A DNA stretch of 56,688 nucleotides from the NCBI GenBank assembly GCA_002686295.1, contig NZBB01000006.1, positions 2,084-58,771 on the forward strand, in the 5' to 3' direction. Shown one piece after another: positions 1 through 9,060 of the stretch. The notes under the pieces are model-generated. The model had not been told where the DNA came from. It did not search any database and saw nothing but the letters and a program-made list of their open reading frames with translations. The position numbers and the translations under genes are program-made. How positions within the stretch are numbered: position 1 is the stretch's first letter; the number at the start of each line of letters is the position of its first letter. This DNA is from Candidatus Woesearchaeota archaeon (lineage in GTDB: Archaea > Nanobdellota > Nanobdellia > Woesearchaeales > GCA-2686295).

Positions 1-7
1 AAAAAAT

Positions 8-190
8 ATGGTTAAAAAAAAAAGTACAACCACACATTGTGGATGTGGTAAAGGAACAAAAGCAACAGTTGGAACAGTATCTTTAGTGCTTGGTCTAATA
101 TTGTGGTTTAGCTATCTTTCATTAGAACAAGTTTTCGCTATAATCCTTGTTCTTGTTGGACTTAAAAAATTGTTCAAATTATGTCATTAA
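8..190 (+). CDS. small hypothetical membrane protein (60 aa)
   Basis: ORF with a lysine-rich N-terminus followed by two hydrophobic stretches (VSLVLGLILWF, VFAIILVLVGL). No recognisable family. Short, so uncertain. Confidence 0.35.
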   Translation: MVKKKSTTTHCGCGKGTKATVGTVSLVLGLILWFSYLSLEQVFAIILVLVGLKKLFKLCH

Positions 191-286
191 TGCACAAATT
201 TTTATTTTATTTTTAAGAATTATTTCATAAAATACAGATAATTAAAAATAAAGATATTTAAATTAACTTCTTCTATCGCTGTTAAA

Positions 287-1219
287 ATGAGATATTCAAG
301 ACAGGAAATCTTAATAGGAGAAAACAATCAGAAGATACTTAATGAAAAAACTATTGCAGTTGTAGGGCTTGGGGCTATAGGAAGTGTAACAGTTGATTTA
401 CTATCAAGAGCAGGCGTAAATTTAATTATCATAGATAGAGATATAGTTGAACTAAATAATCTTCAAAGACAATTTTTCAATGAGGAAGATGTTGAAAAGC
501 CAAAAGCATTAGCTATAAGAAGCAGACTTAAAAAAATAAATTCTGAGATAAAAATATCTAGTTTTGCAGAAGATTTGACTTTTGAAAACATTAATCTGTT
601 ATCAAAAGCAGATTTAATTCTTGACTGCACAGATAATTTAGAAACAAGATTTTTGATAAATGATTTCTGCCTAAAAAACAATAAGGAATGGATATACTCT
701 GCAGCAATAAAAACAATTGGCACAATAAAACATTTTAAGCCAAAAAAAGCTTGTTTCAAATGCATTTTCAAAGAAATCAAAGGACTTGAAAGCTGTGAAA
801 CTGCTGGGGTGCTGGCAAGCACAACTATGATAACTGCTTCAATACAGGCAGACATGGCCATTAAAATTCTGACAAATAAAGAAACAATTGATGAAATGAT
901 AAGGTTTGATATAAAAAATTCTGAAATAGAAAAGATAAGAATAAAAAAAATAAATTGCGAAGCGTGTAAAGGAAAATATGAATATCTACAGAGAAAAACT
1001 ACTATTGTAAAAAGTTGTGGAGAATATTTTCAGATAACAAACAAACCAATAAATCTAAAAAAATTAAAAAACAAACTTGAAAAGCTTGGCAAAGTAAAAT
1101 ACTATGAAGAATATCTCCAATACAAGAACATAATTATTTTTAACAATGGCAGAGCATTAATAAAAGCCAAGAATGAAAAACAGGCAAAAAGTGATTTTTC
1201 AAAATTTATTGGCAACTAA
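287..1219 (+). CDS. ThiF/MoeB/HesA-family E1-like adenylyltransferase
   Basis: N-terminal RYSRQ motif, Rossmann loop VVGLGAIGS, IIDRD, NLQRQ, and two CxxC pairs (CFKC, CEAC) as in MoeB/ThiF/UbaA-type enzymes. About 85 aa of C-terminal extension have unknown fold. Confidence 0.85.
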   Translation: MRYSRQEILIGENNQKILNEKTIAVVGLGAIGSVTVDLLSRAGVNLIIIDRDIVELNNLQRQFFNEEDVEKPKALAIRSRLKKINSEIKISSFAEDLTFENINLLSKADLILDCTDNLETRFLINDFCLKNNKEWIYSAAIKTIGTIKHFKPKKACFKCIFKEIKGLESCETAGVLASTTMITASIQADMAIKILTNKETIDEMIRFDIKNSEIEKIRIKKINCEACKGKYEYLQRKTTIVKSCGEYFQITNKPINLKKLKNKLEKLGKVKYYEEYLQYKNIIIFNNGRALIKAKNEKQAKSDFSKFIGN

Positions 1220-1325
1220 ACATTTAAAAAGAATAATCACACTCTTAAAAATATTATGAGAACAAAAGCTTTATTCAACCAAGTAAAAGCCAGTTCTTAG
1301 AATAAACTATTTCTCAGCATAGGTA

Positions 1326-2273
1326 ATGATTATGAGTTATGTATCTGATTTTAAATGGACTCCGAATATGAATGTTAAAGAGTTAGTTGAAAAGCTCGGA
1401 CTAATTGGTTTTCAAAGTGTAAAGTTAAATAATGCTTCAAATGTCATTGTTAAAATGAAAAAAAATTCTGCAAAAATATTTCTGACATTTACTTCTAACA
1501 TGGTAACTTCTGGATTAAGAGGTTTCTTTGCACAACTAATAAAATTAAAGATAGCAGATGTCATAGTTACAACTGTTGGCGGATTAGAAGAAGATATAAT
1601 GAAAGCAACTGGCGAAAAATTTGTTATAGGAAGATTTGAAAGCGATGATGTTGAATTGCATGAACAAGGAGTAAATAGGGTTGGCAATCTATTAATAAAA
1701 AATGAGAGTTATATGAACTTTGAAGACAGAGTTATGCCTATACTGAAAAAATTATACAAAAAAAAGAAACGATGGGCTGTTTCAGAAATGTTGCGAGAAA
1801 TAGGCTTGATGCTTAAAGATGAAAATTCCATATTATATCAGGCTGCAAAAAACAAGGTCCCAATATTTTGTCCTGCAATTACTGATGGTGCGCTTGGATT
1901 TCATTTATACCTGTTCCAACAAAAACATCCTGATTTCATAATTGATGTAGTAAAAGATTTTGGGAACATATTATTCACAACAAGTCAAGATGAAAAAAAA
2001 GGTGTTATTGCACTTGGTGGAAGCATTTCAAAACATCATGCTATTTTATGCACCTTGTTACATGGAGGAGCTGAATATGCAGTATACATAACTACTGCTC
2101 ATAAAACTTCTGGAAGCATGTCTGGTGCAACCACTAATGAAGCAAAGTCCTGGGGCAAAGTAAAAGATGATAGTGATGTATCAACTGTTATAGGTGATGC
2201 AACAATAATGTTCCCTTTAGTAATGATAAAATCGTTGGAACAATTAAAAGAAGAAAAACTATTGAAAAAATGA
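1326..2273 (+). CDS. dys: deoxyhypusine synthase
   Basis: 315 aa with DHS hallmarks ITDGALG, GGSISKHH and TTNEAKSWGK. Its stop overlaps the next start (ATGA). Confidence 0.9.
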   Translation: MIMSYVSDFKWTPNMNVKELVEKLGLIGFQSVKLNNASNVIVKMKKNSAKIFLTFTSNMVTSGLRGFFAQLIKLKIADVIVTTVGGLEEDIMKATGEKFVIGRFESDDVELHEQGVNRVGNLLIKNESYMNFEDRVMPILKKLYKKKKRWAVSEMLREIGLMLKDENSILYQAAKNKVPIFCPAITDGALGFHLYLFQQKHPDFIIDVVKDFGNILFTTSQDEKKGVIALGGSISKHHAILCTLLHGGAEYAVYITTAHKTSGSMSGATTNEAKSWGKVKDDSDVSTVIGDATIMFPLVMIKSLEQLKEEKLLKK

Positions 2274-3298
2274 GTGAACCAAAATTTTTATTATCAAAAA
2301 CTAAAGTACTCGAGCAATATAATAAAGTCAAACAACTAGCAAGTTTTATATCTTACAGCTCAAAGACAAATCAAGAAGTAACCAAAATATTAGATGATGA
2401 AACAAATTGTTTTTTCAGCGTTCATCTGATAAATGAATTAAAACACCTAAAAGACAACAGCAGAGTCATATTCTTAGCTCAGGGATGGACAAACAATTCT
2501 ATAAAAAAACTGATAAAACAAGGAATAAAATATTTCATTGTTGACAATGAACCTGATTTAGAAACACTGATGAATTATTTAGAAAAAAACAAAAATCAAA
2601 TAAATCTTTTCTTAAGATTAAAACTGAAAGAGCACACACTGAAAACAGAACGATATTTCGTATTTGGTATGGACTCTGAAACAATAAATAAAAAACTAAA
2701 AGAATTAAAAAACCACTCGCAAATAAAAAATTTGGGAATACATTTTCATAGAAAAACCCAGAATATGAGTGAATGGAATTTAAAAGATGAAATAGCCAGT
2801 ACAATAGAGAAGGAAAATCTTGAAGCGATAGATATAATGAACATTGGCGGTGGTTTGCCGGCAGATTACGCCAATACAAATGTTGAGATTATAAAATCAA
2901 TATTCAACAAAATAAAAGAATTTAAAGAATGGCTTGAAAAATATAACATAAAACTAGTTATTGAACCTGGAAGATTTATAGCCGCACCCAGCTGCAGATT
3001 AAAAACCAATATAATAAACATCTACAAACAAAATATTGTGATTAACGCTTCAATCTACAACTCAGACATTGATGCGTTGATAGTTCCTGTAAAATTACTG
3101 GTTGAAAACGAAAGAAAACAAGGAATTCCGTATGTTATAAAAGGAATAACTCCTTGTTCAATGGATTTATTCAGATACAGAGTATACCTTGATAATCCAC
3201 AAATTGGTGATGAAATAATATTTTTAAACGCTGGAGCATACAATTTCTCAACTGATTTCTGCGACTTAGAAAAAATAGATACAAAAATATTAACATGA
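2270..3298 (+). CDS. PLP-dependent Orn/Arg/DAP decarboxylase (alanine-racemase fold)
   Basis: PLP-lysine context YSSKTN (compare YAVKAN), GGGLP phosphate loop, EPGRFI motif and C-terminal TPCSMD active-site cysteine motif. Overlaps both neighbours by 4 nt. Confidence 0.8.
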   Translation: MSEPKFLLSKTKVLEQYNKVKQLASFISYSSKTNQEVTKILDDETNCFFSVHLINELKHLKDNSRVIFLAQGWTNNSIKKLIKQGIKYFIVDNEPDLETLMNYLEKNKNQINLFLRLKLKEHTLKTERYFVFGMDSETINKKLKELKNHSQIKNLGIHFHRKTQNMSEWNLKDEIASTIEKENLEAIDIMNIGGGLPADYANTNVEIIKSIFNKIKEFKEWLEKYNIKLVIEPGRFIAAPSCRLKTNIINIYKQNIVINASIYNSDIDALIVPVKLLVENERKQGIPYVIKGITPCSMDLFRYRVYLDNPQIGDEIIFLNAGAYNFSTDFCDLEKIDTKILT

Positions 3299-4155
3299 AA
3301 AACTTTATGAACTTGCCAGAAGAATATTGCAAAGAAGATTCCTACTTTAAAATACTTCCAGTGGCTTTTGAAAAAAATTTGACTGCAGGTATAGGTACTT
3401 CAAACGGCCCTAAAGAAATAATCAAAGCATCAAAACATTTAGAGTATTATGATGAACAATTTGAGAACGAACCGTTTCTTCAGGGAATAAAGTTATTAAA
3501 ACAACCGAATGTCAAGAATTTATCTCAAGAAGAGATGCATAGAAAAATACAAATTCCAGAAAAAGGATTCACAACTATTCTTGGTGGCGATCATTCTGTA
3601 ACTATTGCCATAATAAAACATTTGTTGAAAAAACAGGATTTCTCAGTTATCATTTTGGATGCTCATTCAGACTTTAGGCATTCATGGAACAACTCAAAGT
3701 ATAATCACGCATGCATTTCAAAAAGAATATCTGAAAAAACAAATATTGTGTTGATTGGAGTGAGATCTCAGGATATTGATGAAGCAAAAGAAATGAAAGA
3801 AAAAAACATTCCAATAATTAAAGCTTATGAAATGGAAAAAGAAATTTCTGAGAAACTATTAATTATATTGAAAGAATTAAAAGACAAAGTTTATATCTCA
3901 ATAGATGTGGATGTTTTTGACTTCATAAAAAATACTGGTACGCCTGAACCTGGAGGCATAAGTTGGAATCAAACAATAAAAATACTTGAACATATCTTTA
4001 AAGAAAAAGAGGTTATAGGTGCCGATATAACAGAGTTTGCTCCAAAAAATAATTTTGTGGATGAAGCATATTCACTGGCAAAATTGAGTTATAAATTAAT
4101 GAGTCTGAAAACAAAATATTCACAACGTTTAAATACTACTGGTGCAATCCAATAA
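3295..4155 (+). CDS. speB: agmatinase / ureohydrolase family protein
   Basis: Mn-binding motifs GGDHSVT, DAHSDF and SIDVDVFD, plus TPEPGG. Confidence 0.85.
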   Translation: MKNFMNLPEEYCKEDSYFKILPVAFEKNLTAGIGTSNGPKEIIKASKHLEYYDEQFENEPFLQGIKLLKQPNVKNLSQEEMHRKIQIPEKGFTTILGGDHSVTIAIIKHLLKKQDFSVIILDAHSDFRHSWNNSKYNHACISKRISEKTNIVLIGVRSQDIDEAKEMKEKNIPIIKAYEMEKEISEKLLIILKELKDKVYISIDVDVFDFIKNTGTPEPGGISWNQTIKILEHIFKEKEVIGADITEFAPKNNFVDEAYSLAKLSYKLMSLKTKYSQRLNTTGAIQ

Positions 4156-4169
4156 AAAGGTGGATTTAT

Positions 4170-5162
4170 TTGCAAGTTATTATTCCATTAGCAGGTAAAG
4201 GAACTAGGCTAAGACCTCACACTCACACTAAAGCCAAACCATTAGTTCATGTGGCGGGTAAAGCAGTTATAGGATATATTCTTGATGAATTAAAAAAAAT
4301 AAATGTTGAAGAAATAATATTCATAATTGGTTATTTGGGCGAACAAATAAAAGATTATGTTTCTAAAAATTACGATTTTAAAACTAAATTCATAGTTCAA
4401 AAAGAATTGAAGGGACAGGCTCATGCAATAAATTTAGCCAAACCTTACATAAAAGAAGATGTTCTTATATGGTTTGCAGATACAATAAGCAATCCAAACA
4501 TAAAAAAACTCGTGAGGGAACAAGCTGATGGATTGATATATGTTAAAGAGCATGAAGATCCTGAAAGATTCGGAATAGTCTTTCCTGATAAAGAAGGATT
4601 CATAGAAAAAATAATTGAAAAACCAAAAAATCCAAAGTCAAATCTTGCAAATATAGGATTGTATTACATTAAAGATTATAAACTGATGTTTGAAAGCATT
4701 AATTATTTAATCGAAAAGGACTTGCAGACAAAAGGAGAGTTTTACCTTGTAGATGCATTCAACTTAATGATAGATAAAGGTACAAAATTAAAATCTGAAA
4801 CTGTCAGAAACTGGATGGATTGCGGAAAACCAGAAACATTACTGAAAACAAACCAATACCTGTTAAAAAAAACTCCTGATAAAAAGTATAAGAATATCAA
4901 AAGTAGTTTAATAATAAAACCAGTATTCATAGAATCAGGCACAACAATAGAAAACTGCATCATAGGCCCTAATGTTTCAATATCTAAAAATACCTGCATA
5001 AAAAACTCCATCATAAAAAACAGCATTATTGGAGAAAAATCAATAGTTGAAGAAAGCCAGATAAAAAACTCGATTATAGGATCATTTGCTACTGTTAAAG
5101 GTTTTTACAAAAAACTAAATGTTGGCGATGATTCAGAATTAGTATTCGGAAATGAAACTTAG
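4170..5162 (+). CDS. sugar-1-phosphate nucleotidyltransferase with C-terminal left-handed beta-helix
   Basis: N-terminal LAGKGTRLRP (GxGTRL) signature. C-terminal hexapeptide repeats (IIKNSIIKNSIIGEKSIVEESQIKNSIIG). TTG start at 4170. Confidence 0.8.
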   Translation: MQVIIPLAGKGTRLRPHTHTKAKPLVHVAGKAVIGYILDELKKINVEEIIFIIGYLGEQIKDYVSKNYDFKTKFIVQKELKGQAHAINLAKPYIKEDVLIWFADTISNPNIKKLVREQADGLIYVKEHEDPERFGIVFPDKEGFIEKIIEKPKNPKSNLANIGLYYIKDYKLMFESINYLIEKDLQTKGEFYLVDAFNLMIDKGTKLKSETVRNWMDCGKPETLLKTNQYLLKKTPDKKYKNIKSSLIIKPVFIESGTTIENCIIGPNVSISKNTCIKNSIIKNSIIGEKSIVEESQIKNSIIGSFATVKGFYKKLNVGDDSELVFGNET

Positions 5163-6951
5163 TCATAAACTAGGACTAAGAGCTGAAAAAAAAGAGGGTG
5201 AGGGATCTTTTCTTCTCACAGATAAAACCGGCTCGTACTTATCTCTTAGTGCCAACAAGCAAAACCAGACACAAATGCAGGGATTCTTCAAATTAGATAA
5301 AAACTGGGAGCCATACAAATATCTTGAAAATATATTTCTTGATAAAGATGTTGAAGAGCTTGAAAATAATTTTTCACACATAACAAGAAAAAGCGGAAAA
5401 TCAAAAGAAAAATTTTACTTGACAACAACAGCTTTAATATACGAAGTCAACAATTACAAAGGATTCATAAATTTAGAAGTTGATTTCAGAAACATCTTTG
5501 ACTTTAACGATGAAAATAGATTTTATAAAATTAAAAAAGAAAAAGACTTGTTAATAATATATTATAAGAAAAACTCTCGCTACTTAGTTTTAAAAGGAGT
5601 TAAAGATTTTGAACAACAAAATTTTTGGGAGAAAAGAAACTATTCTTATGATGAATTAAGAAATACGAAGTCAGAATTCTATATTTACAAAGTAGCAAGA
5701 ATTAAATGCAATAAAAAAATAAAATTATTCATAACAACTGCAAAGAAAAAAAATGAAGCGAAAGAAAAAGCTGAAATCGCAGCAAAAAATGAATCTTCGC
5801 TTAAAGAAATTCTTGAAACAAGAATAAAAAATGTTTGTAAAGAGAAAAACTTGGGAATTAGTGCCTCTTTGAACTCTCTTGACAGTTTAAGAACAATCAT
5901 TGGAAAAGGAGATTATAAACTTGAAGGATTATTCGCTGGTTTACCTTGGTTTTATCAGCTCTGGTCAAGAGATGAATTAATATCCTTAAAAGCTTTCATG
6001 ATTGAAAACAGATTTGATTTTGTGAAAAAAAGATTAACTTCTTATCTTGGCTTGATTAATGGAAACGGAAGATTGCCAAACAGAATTCCAGAATCAAATT
6101 TAAGTAGTGCTGACAGTATAGGATGGTTGTTCAAGAGATACTGCGACTTAATAATTATTTTAGAAGAAAAAAAGTTGTTAAAAAAATATTTTACAAAAAA
6201 AGAATTGTTGAAAATTAAGCATAAACTGCATTTCTCAATAGAAGAACAAATGGCCAGATATATGAAGAACAAACTGATTTTCAATCGAAAAAATGAGACT
6301 TGGATGGACACAACCATTAATCATTTAGATGCACGAGCAGGTGCATGCATAGAAATACAGGCATTATTCTTGTCAGGATTCAAACTTATGAAAAAATTGT
6401 GCAGACAATTAAAACTGCCTTATTATGGATATAGAACACTTGAGAAAATGCTCTCAAAAGAAGTTAAAAAGAATTTTTTCAAAAACGGCATGCTACGCGA
6501 CAGAATAGGGGATGACACTTGCAGACCAAATATTTTCATAGCTTACTATGTTTATCCTGAACTACTAAAAAAATATGAATGGAAAATTGTTTTCAAAAAA
6601 ACTCTTGATAAATTATGGCTTGAATGGGGTGGATTAGCAAGTATTGATAAGAAGCATTCATTATTCAAACAAAAATATACTGGACATAACAATTTAAGCT
6701 ATCATCGAGGCGATAGTTGGTTCTGGATAAATAATCTTTCAGCTATATGCATGGCTGATTTGGATTATAAAGAATTTCATTACTATATTGATTATATCTT
6801 TAAAGCAAGCAAGAATGATTTATTATTCTCTGGATTCATAGGACACGGCTCAGAGCTAAGTTCTGCAAAAAGTTTCGAACCGTGTGGCTGTTGGGCTCAA
6901 GCATGGAGTTCAGCCACATTTGTAGAGTTAGCAAAAACATTAAGACTATAA
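5152..6951 (+). CDS. amylo-alpha-1,6-glucosidase / glycogen-debranching-enzyme-like protein
   Basis: GLPWFYQLWSRDELISL (compare the PWF..GRD motif of the GDE_C domain). C-terminal YHRGDSWFWINN and CWAQAWSS motifs fit an (alpha/alpha)6-barrel glucosidase. Confidence 0.7.
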   Translation: MKLSHKLGLRAEKKEGEGSFLLTDKTGSYLSLSANKQNQTQMQGFFKLDKNWEPYKYLENIFLDKDVEELENNFSHITRKSGKSKEKFYLTTTALIYEVNNYKGFINLEVDFRNIFDFNDENRFYKIKKEKDLLIIYYKKNSRYLVLKGVKDFEQQNFWEKRNYSYDELRNTKSEFYIYKVARIKCNKKIKLFITTAKKKNEAKEKAEIAAKNESSLKEILETRIKNVCKEKNLGISASLNSLDSLRTIIGKGDYKLEGLFAGLPWFYQLWSRDELISLKAFMIENRFDFVKKRLTSYLGLINGNGRLPNRIPESNLSSADSIGWLFKRYCDLIIILEEKKLLKKYFTKKELLKIKHKLHFSIEEQMARYMKNKLIFNRKNETWMDTTINHLDARAGACIEIQALFLSGFKLMKKLCRQLKLPYYGYRTLEKMLSKEVKKNFFKNGMLRDRIGDDTCRPNIFIAYYVYPELLKKYEWKIVFKKTLDKLWLEWGGLASIDKKHSLFKQKYTGHNNLSYHRGDSWFWINNLSAICMADLDYKEFHYYIDYIFKASKNDLLFSGFIGHGSELSSAKSFEPCGCWAQAWSSATFVELAKTLRL

Positions 6952-6983
6952 CTTTTTTAAACAAACAATTCTTTCAATTTAAA

Positions 6984-7976
6984 ATGAACGAATTATCTAT
7001 GCTTATAGAAAAAGCCGAAAAAATATATAGAAAAAAATTTTCAAACAGAACATGGTTTGAAAGGGCTCTGTTTTTCAGCTGGTCCTGCTCCATCAGAGAT
7101 TGCACATTTTGCTATATGAGTACACAACAAAGAAATAATGATTATAAGAAAGCTGTACGTTCAAAAGAATCATTATATGCCGAAACCATTCTATGCAAAA
7201 AACTTGGTTGGAAAATAGGGTTTTTTAGTGGCGGAATAAATTCTTACCCTCATAAAGAATTGTTAGAAATTCTCAAAATCATAAATAGCATAATAGGAGA
7301 GAAAATTTGGTTAAACATAGGTCCGATTCCAAAAAAACAACTAGAAAACTATCAACCTTATATCAAAGGTATTATTGGCTCGATTGAAACAGTCAACGAA
7401 AAAATTCACTCTGAAGTCTGTCCTTCAAAACCAATAAAACCCTATTTAAAGATGTTTAAGAACTCAAGAGAATTAGGACTGAAAAACGGAATGACTTTGA
7501 TACTTGGTCTTGGAGAAAGCAAGGTTGATTTTAAAAAATTAGAATCTTTCATAAAGAAAAACAACATTGAAAAAATACATGTTTATGCTTTGAATCCTGT
7601 TAAAGAAACAGTTTTTGAGAGAAAAAAGTCTCCGACAAAAGAATATCAAGCATGGTACATTGCAAAAATAAGAACGAGTTTTCCGAAGATAGATATCCAG
7701 ATGGGTATATGGAAAGACAAAATTAATAGAGTATCATTATTATTAAGAGCAGGTGCAAACTCTATATCAAAGTTTCCAATAACTAAGAAATTTGGTAGTG
7801 AGAAAGCAAAAAATATCGAATTAGAAGCAAAGAAAGCCAAAAGAAAGTTTTCAGGAACTCTAACAAAACTCCCGAATATTGACTGGAATAAAGAGATTGA
7901 AAAACTAACTATAAATAATGAAACAAAACAAATTGTCAAGAAAAAACTCGAGCAATACCTCAAAAAGATGAGTTAA
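6984..7976 (+). CDS. radical SAM protein, BioB/ThiH-like
   Basis: Cluster motif SCSIRDCTFCYM, GGINS, and ILGLGES (GLGE motif of BioB-like enzymes). Start trimmed to ATG 6984 because the track ORF start (6882) overlaps the preceding gene. Confidence 0.7.
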   Translation: MNELSMLIEKAEKIYRKKFSNRTWFERALFFSWSCSIRDCTFCYMSTQQRNNDYKKAVRSKESLYAETILCKKLGWKIGFFSGGINSYPHKELLEILKIINSIIGEKIWLNIGPIPKKQLENYQPYIKGIIGSIETVNEKIHSEVCPSKPIKPYLKMFKNSRELGLKNGMTLILGLGESKVDFKKLESFIKKNNIEKIHVYALNPVKETVFERKKSPTKEYQAWYIAKIRTSFPKIDIQMGIWKDKINRVSLLLRAGANSISKFPITKKFGSEKAKNIELEAKKAKRKFSGTLTKLPNIDWNKEIEKLTINNETKQIVKKKLEQYLKKMS

Positions 7977-7978
7977 GA

Positions 7979-8977
7979 TTATTGAAATTCAAGAGCAAAA
8001 AATTTAGCGAGTATTGAGAACAAAGAAAGAATCAAAGGACCAAGCAATATCCCTATAAAACCAAAAACACTTAAGCCACCAATTATTCCAACCAATATTA
8101 GCACAGGGTGAAGACCTGCCTTCTTTCCGATAACTTTTGGTTTCAAAAAATGTTCTATGTTTGATATAACAAAAACACCAAAAATTAGCAACACTATACC
8201 ACCAACATAATGCCCCAACAAAATTTGTATGAAAGCTGCTGGAAGCCAAACAAGTGCAGCACCAACAAAAGGTATTGCTGCCAGAACAAATGCTATGAAA
8301 CCCCAAAAAATAGGGCTATCAATTCTTAATATTAGAAACATAGAACCAACTAATAATCCCTGCAATGCAGCTATTAAAAAAACTCCGTAAAGAACTGCTT
8401 GAAGAATTTTTTTTGAATCTTTAAATAATTTCTCCGAGTATTCTTTCTTCATAGGCAAATGAAATTTGACCCACTTAATCCACGATTTTCCATCTCTAAA
8501 AGCATAGAACATTATAAAGAGCATTATAAATAATCCTATGATACTTTCAGCAAAAGAACCTAATACGTTAGGAGTGTTATCCAATATGAAAGTCCTAACA
8601 TTAAATATTAAATCATCCAAAAAAAAACCAATCTCTACAGAATCAACAAAAGGAGCTAAAAAAATATCGAGTTTCTCAAAGTTAAAGATTACAACAGAAG
8701 AATAAGCACCATATGTTTGTTTGAGCAATGAATCAACAAAAAAATAACTTGGAAAAATAATTATTAGCAACACAAACAACACCATTAGAAAACTACTAAT
8801 ATTGACAGACCAAATATTTTTATTCAACCATTCATAAACAGGATAAAGAACTACTGTAAGAACAAAAGCCAAAACAATGCTGTTAATAAGAGGCTTCACA
8901 GTTATAAAAGCCAAGTACAAAAAAACAACTAGAATAACAATTAAGAAGTACTTCACAATTTTTGCTTCTCTCATCAA
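7979..8977 (-). CDS. AI-2E / PerM (UPF0118) family transporter
   Basis: 332 aa polytopic membrane protein. The C-terminal KKAGLHPVLILVGIIGG segment is typical of the family. Confidence 0.7.
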   Translation of the reverse strand: MMREAKIVKYFLIVILVVFLYLAFITVKPLINSIVLAFVLTVVLYPVYEWLNKNIWSVNISSFLMVLFVLLIIIFPSYFFVDSLLKQTYGAYSSVVIFNFEKLDIFLAPFVDSVEIGFFLDDLIFNVRTFILDNTPNVLGSFAESIIGLFIMLFIMFYAFRDGKSWIKWVKFHLPMKKEYSEKLFKDSKKILQAVLYGVFLIAALQGLLVGSMFLILRIDSPIFWGFIAFVLAAIPFVGAALVWLPAAFIQILLGHYVGGIVLLIFGVFVISNIEHFLKPKVIGKKAGLHPVLILVGIIGGLSVFGFIGILLGPLILSLFSILAKFFALEFQ

Positions 8978-9060
8978 ATATTAAAACAGGATTAATCATT
9001 TATAAAGATTTTGAAATGCTTAGCAAAAATATAAAAACTTTGAATAAACATCATAATGAT

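Noticed and set aside
6882-6983. 5' extension of the radical SAM ORF. The same applies to the CysRS ORF at 8962-9060.
   Set aside because: The extensions overlap the preceding genes (GDE-like protein, AI-2E transporter) and lack family similarity. Internal ATGs at 6984 and 9061 give canonical N-termini.
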